Below, piece by piece: positions 7,356 to 17,495 of a DNA stretch of 64,000 nucleotides. The notes below the pieces were generated by a model that was given only the letters and a program-made list of their open reading frames with translations, was not told the DNA's origin and did not search any database. The position numbers and the translations under genes are program-made. Numbering within the stretch: the stretch's first letter is position 1; the number at the start of each line of letters is the position of its first letter. Origin of the DNA: Candidatus Bathyarchaeia archaeon (lineage in GTDB: Archaea; Thermoproteota; Bathyarchaeia; Bathyarchaeales; DTEX01); NCBI GenBank assembly GCA_038866525.1, contig JAWBZG010000001.1, positions 1,285 through 65,284 on the forward strand, written 5' to 3'.

Positions 7356-9269
7356 TTATTCCTTGATTCTTTCAAGCTCCTCTAATATTTTCTCCCTAAG
7401 CATTCTGTTAACTGCTTCTGGTTTAACTCTGCCTCTTAAATCCCTCATTATAATGCCCATTAAAGCGCCAAGCGCCCCCATCCCCCTCTCCGCCACCAAA
7501 TTCCTGTTCTTCTCAAGATATTCCCCTACCAGTCTTTTGAGATCATCTTCCGAGATCATTGTTAATCCAAGTTCCCTTATAGCGTCAACTGGCGTAGCGC
7601 CCTCATGCTTCGCCAGCCACCTCACTATATCTGGAATGGATTCCTTCGAAGTCTTCTCGGAGCCCACTAGCTTAAACATTTCGATTATCTGATCATCCGA
7701 TATAACGTCGAGATTCACTCCCTCCCGCCTCAAAGCTTTAAATGTTTCCGTTAATGTCGCAGCTACAACGGTGGGCGCGACACCGGTTTCTTTAACTATT
7801 GTCTCAAAAAGGTCAATGTAGTCCGAGTCAGAGAGCTGCCTAGCCAACTTCTCATTTATCCTATAGCTGTCCATCAACCTCTTAACAGTTTCTTCCGGGG
7901 GCTCTGGCAGGGACCTCCTCAACCTCTCCAAATAATCTTCGGTGATCTTCACAGGGGGCACGTCTGTTTCCGGATACATTCTCGCGGCTCCGGGTCTAGG
8001 CCTCATATATCTCGTTGTTCCATCAGGATTAGCTGCACGCGTCTCCTCCGGTACACCTCTCAATGCCTCGCGGGCTCTCTCCAGAACAGCTTTAAGAGCG
8101 TCCGTAGCGTTCTCAATCTTATCTGCAACTAGAACAACAGCGTCCTCCTCGGAGGCGCCTACCCGCCGCCTTAACTCACGTATCTCCTCGTCTGAAACAC
8201 CATAGGACCGCAACTCGTCAGTGTGGAGTATACCTCCCACCCTGCCCCAAAACTTTGCCCTATCAGAGAGCTCGCCGCCGAACCTTAAGCCCGGTATAAG
8301 CTCAAAGCTAAGTAAACCTGAAAACTTGGGTAATTTAACAGCAAACACCTTTGCTCCTTGGCTTATAGCTCTTTGCAGCACCCTGCACTCGGTGCTCTTA
8401 AAGACTTCGGTTACTTCGAAGAATTCCTCCCTCAAATCCTCGTCCTTAAGCCCCCGCCTCCTTAATTCATCGCGGATTTTTAGGAGGTTCAGTTGACGCT
8501 GCACTTCATACTCAATAACCTTGGAGATTAATTCGAGCTCCTGAACGCCCTTTATCTCAACTAGGGCTCCTCCCTCAATGGATATATTTAGATCCTGTCT
8601 TATCGTTCCAATGCCGCGTTTAACCCTCCTCGTAGCCCTCAATATCCTGCCTATCGCAAGCGCAACCCTCTCAGCCTCCTCTGGCGTGCTTATAACTGGA
8701 CCAGTTGTAACCTCAACGAGGGGTATGCCCAACCTATCAATCCTGTATCGCACCAGAAGACCCTCTTCACCCATCTTCCTTGCAGCGTCTTCTTCGAGAC
8801 TTACGTGCTGTATTGGTATTATCTTGTTATCGACCTTTATCGAGCCATTTAATGCGACAACGCATGTCCTCTGGAAGCCCGTTGTATTTGATCCATCTAT
8901 GACGATTTTACGCATAACATAAATCTCATCTACAGGCTTAGCGTTCATCATTAGCGCGATTATTAAGGCTATTTCCAGAGCTTCGCGATTAAGCTCATGA
9001 GGCGGCTCCTCATCCATCTCAACGAGGCAAGATGTTCTACTATCAGCCTCATAAATTATCTTCACACCCTTCTGGAACTCGAAATAGGCTGCCGGATCTA
9101 TTTGACCGAGCTCGCTTTGAGTTGGCCTTAGCCTTCGAATGAACAGTATCTCGGGTTCTCCCTTAAATAGCTGAGGGGGACACTTACAGAATAGCTTCTC
9201 ACGCGTTGCGAGCTGCTGATGGCATTCTAAACCAACTTTAAGCCCCAGCTCTTCATAATCTATATTCAC
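7356..9269 (-). CDS. gatE: Glutamyl-tRNA(Gln) amidotransferase subunit E
   Basis: 637 aa. The N-terminal GLKVGLECHQQL, the overall GatB/E-like core with an inserted domain, and a YqeY-like tail are unmistakably GatE. Confidence 0.95.
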   Translation of the reverse strand: MNIDYEELGLKVGLECHQQLATREKLFCKCPPQLFKGEPEILFIRRLRPTQSELGQIDPAAYFEFQKGVKIIYEADSRTSCLVEMDEEPPHELNREALEIALIIALMMNAKPVDEIYVMRKIVIDGSNTTGFQRTCVVALNGSIKVDNKIIPIQHVSLEEDAARKMGEEGLLVRYRIDRLGIPLVEVTTGPVISTPEEAERVALAIGRILRATRRVKRGIGTIRQDLNISIEGGALVEIKGVQELELISKVIEYEVQRQLNLLKIRDELRRRGLKDEDLREEFFEVTEVFKSTECRVLQRAISQGAKVFAVKLPKFSGLLSFELIPGLRFGGELSDRAKFWGRVGGILHTDELRSYGVSDEEIRELRRRVGASEEDAVVLVADKIENATDALKAVLERAREALRGVPEETRAANPDGTTRYMRPRPGAARMYPETDVPPVKITEDYLERLRRSLPEPPEETVKRLMDSYRINEKLARQLSDSDYIDLFETIVKETGVAPTVVAATLTETFKALRREGVNLDVISDDQIIEMFKLVGSEKTSKESIPDIVRWLAKHEGATPVDAIRELGLTMISEDDLKRLVGEYLEKNRNLVAERGMGALGALMGIIMRDLRGRVKPEAVNRMLREKILEELERIKE

Positions 9270-9304
9270 TTCCTAAACCACTCCTTTAAGGCTTAATCAC
9301 AATT

Positions 9305-10645
9305 CTAAATTTTTGGGATTTCTACGGGCTCAACTGTTCTCTCAGAAAATTCGTTTGCGATATTTGTCAACATAAGCCTTTTTACTTCCTCTAGGTCTTT
9401 TGTCTGTGCTAAGCACCACATCATTTTAACTAAGGCGGTTTCAGCAAGCATATCTGCCAGCGGGATTACCCCCATAGCTAGGAGATCTCTACCATTAGAG
9501 TAGACGTTCATGTTCACCCGCCCCCATATGCACTGTGAAGTCATAGCGACAACAACTCCACTCTCAATGGCTCTCTTAATCGCCGGAAAACATTCTCTGC
9601 GGACATGCCCTAATCCCGTCCCCTCAAAAATTATCCCCCTATAGCCTTCTGAAACATGCCAATCAATAATCTTGGGGTCCATGCCTGGATAAAATTTTAT
9701 TAGCGCAACCCTCTCATCAAAGTTTGGCTTCAATATAAGGCTGCGGCCGGGGTCTCTGGGCAGATAATTCTCCACAAGCATGTAAATGTTATTAGCGATA
9801 ACTTTAGCCAGAGGCTTAGCATTTACCGTCTTAAAGGCATCTCTACGGCTGGTGTGACACTTTCTTACTTTTGTCCCTCTATGTAAAACTATAGCTTCAT
9901 CTGACGGTGTCTCATGCATGGCGACAGCCACCTCGGCGAATGGCGCTCTTGAGGCGGCTGAAACCGCACCTATGAGATTGAGGGCTGCGTCGGAGCTGGG
10001 TCTATCCTCAGACCTTTGAGCACCAACCAATATGACCGGGACCGGAAGATTCTGTAGAGCGAAGCTTAGAGCCGCAGCCGAATAACCCATCGTATCAGTC
10101 CCATGGGTTATCACGACGCCTTGAACACCTTTAGCTATATATTTGGCGACAGCTTCAGCCATAGCTGACCAATGCTTCGGAGTTAGATCCTCACTAAAGG
10201 TGCTGAAGAGTATTTCTGCGTCAATGACAGCTATTTCCGACAGTTCTGGAACAATACTGTAAAGATCGCTTGCTGATATAACTGGTCTAACCGCACCAGT
10301 CCTATAATCAACGCGGCTAGCTATCGTTCCACCAGTGCTTAAAATCGCGACTCTCGGCAGACCTATTTTCTGCTCGGGTGGCGGTGGAGGGATAAACGCT
10401 GGCTTTGCTTCTGAAGAGATTTTTTCTATTTTAGTTTCCGGTGTAACTTCAACTCCAATATTGTAGCCAGACTTAATCTTTATCACGATATGTCGGTCAT
10501 CACTGTACTCTGATCTGGGTATCAAAATACCTTCAAAGATATCGCTCCCCCTAACTATGCGTATCAAATCCCCGATCTCGACACCAGATTCTAGTAGAAT
10601 CTTTAGAGCTAGTCCTTTATATCCTATAAGCCTCTCACCCATCAT
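9305..10645 (-). CDS. gatD: Glutamyl-tRNA(Gln) amidotransferase subunit D
   Basis: Asparaginase-type motifs ILSTGGTIAS and ITHGTDTM, with the N-terminal GatD-specific domain. Located directly upstream of gatE. Confidence 0.95.
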   Translation of the reverse strand: MMGERLIGYKGLALKILLESGVEIGDLIRIVRGSDIFEGILIPRSEYSDDRHIVIKIKSGYNIGVEVTPETKIEKISSEAKPAFIPPPPPEQKIGLPRVAILSTGGTIASRVDYRTGAVRPVISASDLYSIVPELSEIAVIDAEILFSTFSEDLTPKHWSAMAEAVAKYIAKGVQGVVITHGTDTMGYSAAALSFALQNLPVPVILVGAQRSEDRPSSDAALNLIGAVSAASRAPFAEVAVAMHETPSDEAIVLHRGTKVRKCHTSRRDAFKTVNAKPLAKVIANNIYMLVENYLPRDPGRSLILKPNFDERVALIKFYPGMDPKIIDWHVSEGYRGIIFEGTGLGHVRRECFPAIKRAIESGVVVAMTSQCIWGRVNMNVYSNGRDLLAMGVIPLADMLAETALVKMMWCLAQTKDLEEVKRLMLTNIANEFSERTVEPVEIPKI

Positions 10646-10751
10646 CTGTTACCTCAAGTTAAGCGTGAAACACAGCTAAAAAAGTAGTTAGTGGAAGGAT
10701 TAAAAGACCGCGCTTAACTCAGAGTATTCTGCTTTATCTATTTCTAAAGCT

Positions 10752-11012
10752 CTAAAGTATTTTGTAGACTCTGTCGCCTTCCCTAACCCTCTGGTTGACT
10801 TTAAGCCCTATACTCTGCCCACCATATGCAACATTCACATTTTTATGCTCTATTTGCATTGATTCAACAGTTTGCTCAAAATTTGTCGTCGTACCCCTTA
10901 TGAGAATTCTATCGCCAACAGATAAAGTATCGGTTAAATTAACTACGGCAACACCTATCTTGGTAAAGTAGTGAGTCACTTTACCAACTTCTTTTAACTC
11001 TGGTTCAGACAT
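10752..11012 (-). CDS. Small beta-barrel protein, EF-Tu domain 2-like
   Basis: 86 aa with VGKVTHYFTKIGVAVVNL...GDRILIRG...GGQSIGLKV...EGDRVYKI, the pattern of stand-alone translation-factor-like barrel proteins. Confidence 0.5.
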   Translation of the reverse strand: MSEPELKEVGKVTHYFTKIGVAVVNLTDTLSVGDRILIRGTTTNFEQTVESMQIEHKNVNVAYGGQSIGLKVNQRVREGDRVYKIL

Positions 11013-11153
11013 GTTTTCACCCGCTGATAAAAATAAGTAGATTAATATCCTTAAATGATTTGCGATGTCTTTATTTTACGTCCCAATATTTTTGTCAGCA
11101 TACCATAAATAAGAGCTGAGGATTTTAGAGAACGTATCATTTTGAAATGTTTG

Positions 11154-11570
11154 TTATGAAATCTCCTCAAGATCCTTTAAGCTTAGCCCAAGCTCCTTCG
11201 CCCTCTTAATAAGCTCCTCTAGCTCCGTCTTTAACTTCTTTTTCTCTTCCTCTTTCGATACGAATATTGTGAGGGTTTCTAAAGGTCTTATCTCCATAAT
11301 TTCTATCGTCGCCGAAAGCGGCTTAAACTCCCCCTTCGGTCCGGTCTCATAGTTTATTGTGAGCCTTGCCGGCTTATCCGTGGCGTTACGCTTATTTATT
11401 TCCTCGACAAGCTTAGCGGCTAAATCAACCCAAACCTTTTTATTCTCCTCCCTTACTTCGGCTGGAACCCCTGTGTAAAATGTGGAGTAAAACCATCTCT
11501 TAGCCCTGAATAATGCGCTTTTGCATGTAGGTGTTATCCTGAACCTTTGAACAGGCATATTTGCCCCCAA
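11154..11570 (-). CDS. Hypothetical protein with a C-terminal charged coiled-coil
   Basis: The ORF looks coding, with a KEEEKKKLKTELEELIKRAKELG tail. No family recognised. Confidence 0.4.
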   Translation of the reverse strand: MGANMPVQRFRITPTCKSALFRAKRWFYSTFYTGVPAEVREENKKVWVDLAAKLVEEINKRNATDKPARLTINYETGPKGEFKPLSATIEIMEIRPLETLTIFVSKEEEKKKLKTELEELIKRAKELGLSLKDLEEIS

Positions 11571-11777
11571 ATAATATATGTATTAAGGTGAGCATATAAA
11601 TATATCGAGCATAATATATTAAACACGCAGCAACGATCTTTATTGATATTCTCCTAGATCCACAGCATATTATCCACGTAAATGCTCCGATAATGTATAA
11701 TTTAAAATATCGCCCCATATTAGAAGCGATTAAGTCGAAAGAAACCTGCATGAGAATAGCGCTGGAAAGGGTCGCAT

Positions 11778-11990
11778 ATGGGTCAGAAACTTAAAATGAT
11801 GTTTGCAATAATAATAGTTGGGTTTACGGGCTTCATTTTAGGTGTGGCGGCTAATCTAGTTTATGCTTACGTTCTCCCAGCGTTGACCGAGATCTTTCCA
11901 CAGATCTTTACGTCAGAATGGGTTGTTTGGGGCTTAGCTGGAGCATTTTTGGCGATTGCATGCTGCCTTATCTATGCATGCCTGCCATGA
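11778..11990 (+). CDS. Small two-helix membrane protein
   Basis: 70 aa with two clear hydrophobic helices. It directly precedes the next ORF. Confidence 0.35.
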   Translation: MGQKLKMMFAIIIVGFTGFILGVAANLVYAYVLPALTEIFPQIFTSEWVVWGLAGAFLAIACCLIYACLP

Positions 11991-12008
11991 AAAGGCTTTA
12001 AAGCCACA

Positions 12009-12695
12009 TTGGTGGTGCATTGGTTGGTCGGCTCTCCACTAGAATATAAGGCTTCTGAATGGATAGATTCCTCGGGGAAAACGATTTCACGATGCCTTGT
12101 ATACGACCAGGTATTTGTGAGAGTTATTGTCGAGAACCCATTGAGAATGCGGTCTACAATAGGTTTAATTAAGGTGGCGATATTCAAGAGCAGTAGACTT
12201 CTCCCCGATGCTAGCGTGAAGTGGTCTAAGCATGTTGTGACGCTCCCTCCTCTCTCAAGCGAAAGGATAATTGTGCCATTTAAACCATTATACGAAGCCG
12301 AATACTACTATAAGATTTATGTGGAGGATAGAGAAGTATACGCGCAGCCAAAAGGCTCGCCTCCGAGGCTCTACGCATATAGAAGAGAGAGCCGTATAAT
12401 TATCGATAAAATATCAGGGTTCTCGCGAAACCCAGGTTTCTCTGTAGCTGGCAAGCTCGTTGATGCTCTTACTGGTGAAGGTGTAGGGAGGGCCAGAATA
12501 GAAGTATATGATTCTAGAGTCTTTAGAAATGATAAGATGCTCGCCTACGGGATCACGGATGAATCCGGCTCATTCACAATAGGAGGGTTAAGACCATTCA
12601 AAGTCGGGAGCCGATTTAAAATCTATTTGAGGTTTAGGGGAGATGATGTTTACAAACCATCTTTCAGTGATCAATTCACAGTTAGCCTGGCTTAA
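12009..12695 (+). CDS. Hypothetical protein with a carboxypeptidase-regulatory-like (prealbumin-fold) C-terminal domain
   Basis: C-terminal VAGKLVDALTGEGVGRARIEVYD...GITDESGSFTIGGL is the CarboxypepD_reg-type pattern. The N-terminal half is beta-rich. The start codon is uncertain (TTG/GTG). Confidence 0.45.
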   Translation: MVVHWLVGSPLEYKASEWIDSSGKTISRCLVYDQVFVRVIVENPLRMRSTIGLIKVAIFKSSRLLPDASVKWSKHVVTLPPLSSERIIVPFKPLYEAEYYYKIYVEDREVYAQPKGSPPRLYAYRRESRIIIDKISGFSRNPGFSVAGKLVDALTGEGVGRARIEVYDSRVFRNDKMLAYGITDESGSFTIGGLRPFKVGSRFKIYLRFRGDDVYKPSFSDQFTVSLA

Positions 12696-12827
12696 CACTG
12701 ATTTCTTCAGCCAAATATCTCTATAATCGCTTCACTTTAGTGAGGGAAGCAGAAATTTTTATTAGAGGAAAAGATAAAAGTATGTTTTCTCAAGATTTCT
12801 ATCAATAATTATGATATTTGCGGGCTT

Positions 12828-13901
12828 GTGATAGTTATGCGGGGAAAATTAACGCTCATAATAGTGACTGCTACCCTTTTCATTGTCTTATGGTACTATT
12901 TGCTTGGCGGATCGAAAATCCTCGCTTTCTTGGTGAGCGAGCATTATGCGGCGAGGTTTATTTCAGCCCTAGCCTTATTCACTGGGCTTACAATAGGCTA
13001 CTTACTCATTTCGCTGCTAATAAAGTCGGCGATGTTGAGGGCTGGCGCTAAAGAAGGCGAAGTAGTTATGATCAATAACGTTATTAAAGCGTGCCTGGTT
13101 CTAGCTGGAATACTATCCGTTTTAAGTGATTGGTTTTCGCTTGGAGCTCTCGGCTCAGTCTTCGCGGCTTTCGGAGGAATGTTTCTGGGATGGTCGCTGC
13201 AGGCGCCTATAACTGGAATAGCCGGCTGGCTCCTGATTTCGATTATTAGACCCTTCAGCGTTGGCGATAGGGTTCAACTGCCATCCTATGGTCTAGTTGG
13301 CGACGTTGTCGCTGTCACCCCACTGTATACAATATTAAATCAGGTAGGTGGGTCGGTTGGAAGCGAAGAGCCAGTGAACAGAACAATTTTAATACCGAAC
13401 GCTATGCTCTTCGGCACATTGATCATCAATTATACGCCTAAAGAGCAGGAAAAACTCATTGAGATGTTTCGGGAGAGGTTCAGTAAAGGCGAATCTGAAT
13501 CTGGTCCAGCTTACATACTGGACGAATTTGTCTTGAGGATCACGTTTGACTCCGACTGGGATGAAGCCGAGAGAATATTGCTAAATGCGGCGAAAGAGGT
13601 TACTGCGGACATTATAAAGGCAACTGGTCAGGAGCCATATATCCGCGCAGATGTCTCCGACTGGTATGGGGTATTCATGAGACTTAGATTCATGACTATT
13701 GCGACAGAGAGACCACGGATAATGTATGAATTAACAAAAAGAATAATTAAGGCAATACAGGAGAGCGATAAAGTGGACATAGCGATACCATACGTATATT
13801 CTATGAAGCGCCCCTTCCCGATTCAAGCAGTGAAAGATCCTATTGGACTCATTGGCATAAAAAAGTTAAACCCGGAAGATAACGCTACAACAAAGGATTA
13901 A
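12828..13901 (+). CDS. mscS: Mechanosensitive ion channel, MscS family
   Basis: N-terminal TM helices, then the MscS core GWSLQAPITGIAGWLLISIIRPFSVGDRVQL...GDVVAVTPLYTIL. Confidence 0.8.
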   Translation: MIVMRGKLTLIIVTATLFIVLWYYLLGGSKILAFLVSEHYAARFISALALFTGLTIGYLLISLLIKSAMLRAGAKEGEVVMINNVIKACLVLAGILSVLSDWFSLGALGSVFAAFGGMFLGWSLQAPITGIAGWLLISIIRPFSVGDRVQLPSYGLVGDVVAVTPLYTILNQVGGSVGSEEPVNRTILIPNAMLFGTLIINYTPKEQEKLIEMFRERFSKGESESGPAYILDEFVLRITFDSDWDEAERILLNAAKEVTADIIKATGQEPYIRADVSDWYGVFMRLRFMTIATERPRIMYELTKRIIKAIQESDKVDIAIPYVYSMKRPFPIQAVKDPIGLIGIKKLNPEDNATTKD

Positions 13902-13937
13902 AGAAGCGATGTGAAAGTAAGCGATAAGGAAGCACCT

Positions 13938-14954
13938 TTAATACAGATCTAAAGGTGCGCCCTTTTCCAGCAAATTATTTAATGCCACTAAAGTGTCTGC
14001 AGCCAGTATAATATCTCTTATCCTTACACGTTCATTTCTCGTGTGGCAGAGGTGTAATTCACCCGGCCCGAAAATGGCTACATCGCAACCAGCGTGCTCA
14101 TGTAGGTTGACTGCATCGGTCCAAGATGGCATATTGGAGAATCTAGCCGTATAACCGACAATGTTTATTGCGTCCCTTAATATTTCAGGCACCTTAGAGC
14201 CTATAAAACCATTATAAGCCTCTTTAACAATAATTTCGAGGTTTTCGGAGCGTAAAATTCCCCTAATTTTCGCTAAAATTTCTTCAACCTCAATCTCTGG
14301 TTTAAAGATTAGTTCAACCCTTGCTTCACATTCCTCGGGGATCGCGAAGTCCTCTGGGCTGCCACCGCTTATATACTGTACTGAGATAATTGCCTCATCA
14401 ATACCCATAAGATTCGATACCGCCTTAATGCATTCTTCTATGGCGTTCCTACCCATATGTGGTGTTGCACCGTGAGCTGCAATCCCCCTAGCTTTAACAG
14501 TGATCTCTAACCCACCATATTGTATATTCGCTATCGCCATATCGGTTGGCTCCATAACGACCGCCATTTTAGGCTTATATTTCCTACAGAAATCCATTGA
14601 GCCTCTACCGTCACCCTCCTCATCGCAAAAGAAAGCAACGCCGAAATTGAGCTCCTTAAAACCAATCCTCTTTAAGGCTAGGAGAATAGCCGCTATGCTC
14701 GCCTTAGCGTCGCAAACACCTGTCCCATAAGCGTATTCGCCGTCAAATGTGAATTGGGACAGAAGTCTAAACGTATCCATATGGGTCGCAATAATGAACT
14801 CCTTTTCGGGTAAAACTAAGACGTTAGAGCAATCAATAAGGGCTTCATAGCCTAAGGACTCTAGATAACTTAGGATGAAAGATGCCATCTCCCCCTCTCT
14901 TCCAGAGTAAGACTCTATTTTAGCCAATCTTTCGAGGAGAGAGATAGCATCCAT
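13938..14954 (-). CDS. M20 family metallopeptidase (ArgE/DapE/LysK-type deacylase)
   Basis: Motifs ATHMDT, GTGVCDAKASIAA, CDEEGDG and AHGATPHMGRNA. The longest ORF extends to 15038 but would overlap the divergent GNAT gene, so Met29 (MDAISLLERL) at 14954 is the more plausible start. Confidence 0.75.
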   Translation of the reverse strand: MDAISLLERLAKIESYSGREGEMASFILSYLESLGYEALIDCSNVLVLPEKEFIIATHMDTFRLLSQFTFDGEYAYGTGVCDAKASIAAILLALKRIGFKELNFGVAFFCDEEGDGRGSMDFCRKYKPKMAVVMEPTDMAIANIQYGGLEITVKARGIAAHGATPHMGRNAIEECIKAVSNLMGIDEAIISVQYISGGSPEDFAIPEECEARVELIFKPEIEVEEILAKIRGILRSENLEIIVKEAYNGFIGSKVPEILRDAINIVGYTARFSNMPSWTDAVNLHEHAGCDVAIFGPGELHLCHTRNERVRIRDIILAADTLVALNNLLEKGAPLDLY

Positions 14955-14991
14955 CGAGAGATTTTTAAGCGCAGACGATAAAAAAGTTATT

Positions 14992-15447
14992 GTGAAAATT
15001 AGGGCTGTGAAGCCTAGTGACATCAACTCTTTTGTCAAGCTATATGTGGAATCTTATAGAGGGCTTGAAGAATACGCGTACACTAATAGGGGAGATGTAA
15101 AAGACTATTTCAAGTGGCTGTTTAGAAGGGATCCCGAAGGTTTCCTCATGGTTGAGCTGAATGAGCCTATCGCCTTCATAGCGTGTGACACAAACTGGTT
15201 TAGCCACTTTGAGGGCGAGATTTTAGGTGAAATCCATGAGCTCTTCGTTCATCCATGCTATAGGGGAAGGGGAATAGGAAGCCTACTAATTGAGGAAGCA
15301 GTTAACTATGCGAGGAGAAAGGGACGGAAGATGATGGGTCTATGGGTTGGAGCAAAAAATATTCCTGCAAAAGAGTTCTACGTGAAGAGAGGCTTCATTG
15401 AAACCTTAACCCTTGGAAAATGGACGAGGATGATAAAAAGAATCTGA
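14992..15447 (+). CDS. GNAT family N-acetyltransferase
   Basis: Acetyl-CoA binding motif VHPCYRGRGIGSLLIEEAVNYARRKG. GTG start. Confidence 0.75.
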   Translation: MKIRAVKPSDINSFVKLYVESYRGLEEYAYTNRGDVKDYFKWLFRRDPEGFLMVELNEPIAFIACDTNWFSHFEGEILGEIHELFVHPCYRGRGIGSLLIEEAVNYARRKGRKMMGLWVGAKNIPAKEFYVKRGFIETLTLGKWTRMIKRI

Positions 15448-15600
15448 AACTGACATTCCAGTTTTATTCTACATCGCCTTTAAACTTGCCTACATATAAT
15501 CGACATTGATGCGTTACTAGACCTGAAGGAAAAAGGTAAGGATCTGGAGAAAATGGTCTTTGAGATACTCTAGGGTTAGAGAAAGCGGGATAAGGCTTCT

Positions 15601-16458
15601 TTAAACCGAGTTGGGCTTCATTCCTCTATTCTTTTCACCGAAGAGGAACGATATTAAGTCGTCATATCTCGTATAGTCCGGTATTATGATGTCCGCGCCA
15701 GCGCCGATAAGTCTCTCCCTCTTTCTCAGGTTTAAACCATGTCTATTAACCTCGTCCGATGCAACTCCAAGCGCTATCGCATCCCTACTTTTCGCGCTCC
15801 TAATCTCAACGGGGCCATCCCCCACAACTAGCAGCTCATCTCCGCTCAACTTATTCTCATCTAGAATTCTCTGTATTATCTTTTCTTTCGCATGCTCTTC
15901 AGTATGATCAAGCGCCCCATATATTCCACCCTTAAAGTACTGCATTATATTTAGGGCTGAAGCTTCTCTTAAAACATATTCATGATCCGTCCCGCTAGCC
16001 AAATACATGATTACGCCACGCCTATGGAGTCCCTCCAGAAAGTCTCTCGCCCCCATAATCATCATTTCATCAGGCTTTATTTCCCCGCTAATTAATGCCT
16101 TAATTCTGTCTCCAATATAGGAGAGCATCCTCTCGTTATATATCCGCTTATATTCAAATGGACTTTTAGGCTCCCTACTTATGCCGTATCGGCGCACTGC
16201 CTCAGCAAGCCACTCCATCTGCTTTATAGTCAACATGCCAGTAGAGTAGTCGATGTATGCTCGAACCTCTGCCTCTATCTCCGGGGTTGGAGGTCTACTA
16301 TCACAGATCATCTCAATCATCATCGAAGCCATAACATTTTCCCACCCCTGCCTAATAATGGATATTGTTCCATCAAAATCTATCAACGCATACTTAATTT
16401 TACCGAGCCGCAGCTCAACTGTAGGATTAACTATCTCCATCCATAAGCTCACGGCCAC
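15601..16458 (-). CDS. HAD superfamily hydrolase (probable sugar-phosphate phosphatase)
   Basis: Motif I LIDFDGTIS and motif IV VVGDGPVEIRSAK. Overlaps the upstream kinase gene by 10 nt. Confidence 0.7.
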   Translation of the reverse strand: MAVSLWMEIVNPTVELRLGKIKYALIDFDGTISIIRQGWENVMASMMIEMICDSRPPTPEIEAEVRAYIDYSTGMLTIKQMEWLAEAVRRYGISREPKSPFEYKRIYNERMLSYIGDRIKALISGEIKPDEMMIMGARDFLEGLHRRGVIMYLASGTDHEYVLREASALNIMQYFKGGIYGALDHTEEHAKEKIIQRILDENKLSGDELLVVGDGPVEIRSAKSRDAIALGVASDEVNRHGLNLRKRERLIGAGADIIIPDYTRYDDLISFLFGEKNRGMKPNSV

Positions 16459-17495
16459 TCATCACCCTTAGATATTTCATCAAATTTATCAAGAATCTCT
16501 TTCGGGGAGGCTGTTCCAGTAATATTCAATTTCTTGAGAATAACGCTGGCAGCTATGTTGGCTATGATTCCAGCTTCAAGCGGACTTGCCCCGGCGGCTA
16601 AACTTGCTCCAATAGCCGATATAAAGGTATCACCGGCCCCTACTGGGTCAATGGGAGGTTTCGTTGGGGCTGCGGGCAAGTGACTATGCCCTTCTTCATC
16701 TATTAGGAGAGCTCCTTTCTCGCCTAAAGTTATGTAGACTGGGCGGTTCGCTCTCTTGAAAAGTTCCCTTCCCATAATTACCAGCTCGTCTATCTCAACC
16801 TCTGAGGGTTCTCTAAACGGATACAAAGCCTTTACAGCCTCAATCTTATTAGGTTTCAAAACCATGTTCTTAAAGAGCCCTATCCTCTCCCTAGAATTCA
16901 CAACAAAAACTTTTTCAGGATTTTCACCCGCAAGATCTATGAGAGACTGCCTTACATAATCGCTTATTACCCCATTTTTACTCATCTGATCCTCCACGAT
17001 TACTGCGTTAACCACGCTAATTAAGTCTTCAATATTATCTATGAGATGCTCCTCAAGATCGCTTGAGATTGGTTTAAGGTTTATGAAGTCGAGCCTAGAA
17101 TCCTCCTGCTGAGAGTCGAAACCGCATAGGATTGGCTTAATGTAAGATGGTGTAACCCTATCGGGCGATTGGATCATGTACTCGGTTCTCACACCTATGT
17201 CTTTCAGCCGCTCAACTAATATCTGACCGCGCCAATCTTCTCCAATAACTGTAACCGCGTAAACGTTCCTTACACCTAGATCCCTCAGATTCCACGATAT
17301 ATTTCCAGAAGCTCCTGGAGAATATATCTCCCTAACTATTGGACGCGTGTAGCGGGGTGTTTCGCGGGAAAGCTCCGACATGGTCATATCAGCATACCAG
17401 TAGACGTCGAGGGCAAAGTCCCCGACGACAATGGCGCTTAGATCCTTGAAGGATTCAAGTATCTCTACAAGTCTAGAGCGCTTAAGCCTACCCAT
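16449..17495 (-). CDS. PfkB-family sugar(-phosphate) kinase, HldE/RfaE domain-I-like
   Basis: N-terminal VVGDFALDVYWYAD...RETP resembles the RfaE kinase pattern GDxMLDxYW...SPEAP. The C-terminal PfkB signature DPVGAGDTFISA is present. Met17 (MGRLKRS) at 17495 avoids overlap with the upstream gene. Confidence 0.8.
   Translation of the reverse strand: MGRLKRSRLVEILESFKDLSAIVVGDFALDVYWYADMTMSELSRETPRYTRPIVREIYSPGASGNISWNLRDLGVRNVYAVTVIGEDWRGQILVERLKDIGVRTEYMIQSPDRVTPSYIKPILCGFDSQQEDSRLDFINLKPISSDLEEHLIDNIEDLISVVNAVIVEDQMSKNGVISDYVRQSLIDLAGENPEKVFVVNSRERIGLFKNMVLKPNKIEAVKALYPFREPSEVEIDELVIMGRELFKRANRPVYITLGEKGALLIDEEGHSHLPAAPTKPPIDPVGAGDTFISAIGASLAAGASPLEAGIIANIAASVILKKLNITGTASPKEILDKFDEISKGDEWP

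Noticed and set aside
11500-11751. An 83-aa ORF in the AT-rich divergent spacer.
   Set aside because: It overlaps the 5' end of the 11154-11570 gene. It is made of AT-rich codons (Ile/Tyr/Lys/Cys) typical of promoter DNA.
13938-15447. An apparent 47-bp overlap of the divergent M20 peptidase and GNAT ORFs.
   Set aside because: It is most simply explained by over-extension of the peptidase ORF. An internal Met at 14954 gives a normal N-terminus (MDAISLLERL) and removes the overlap.
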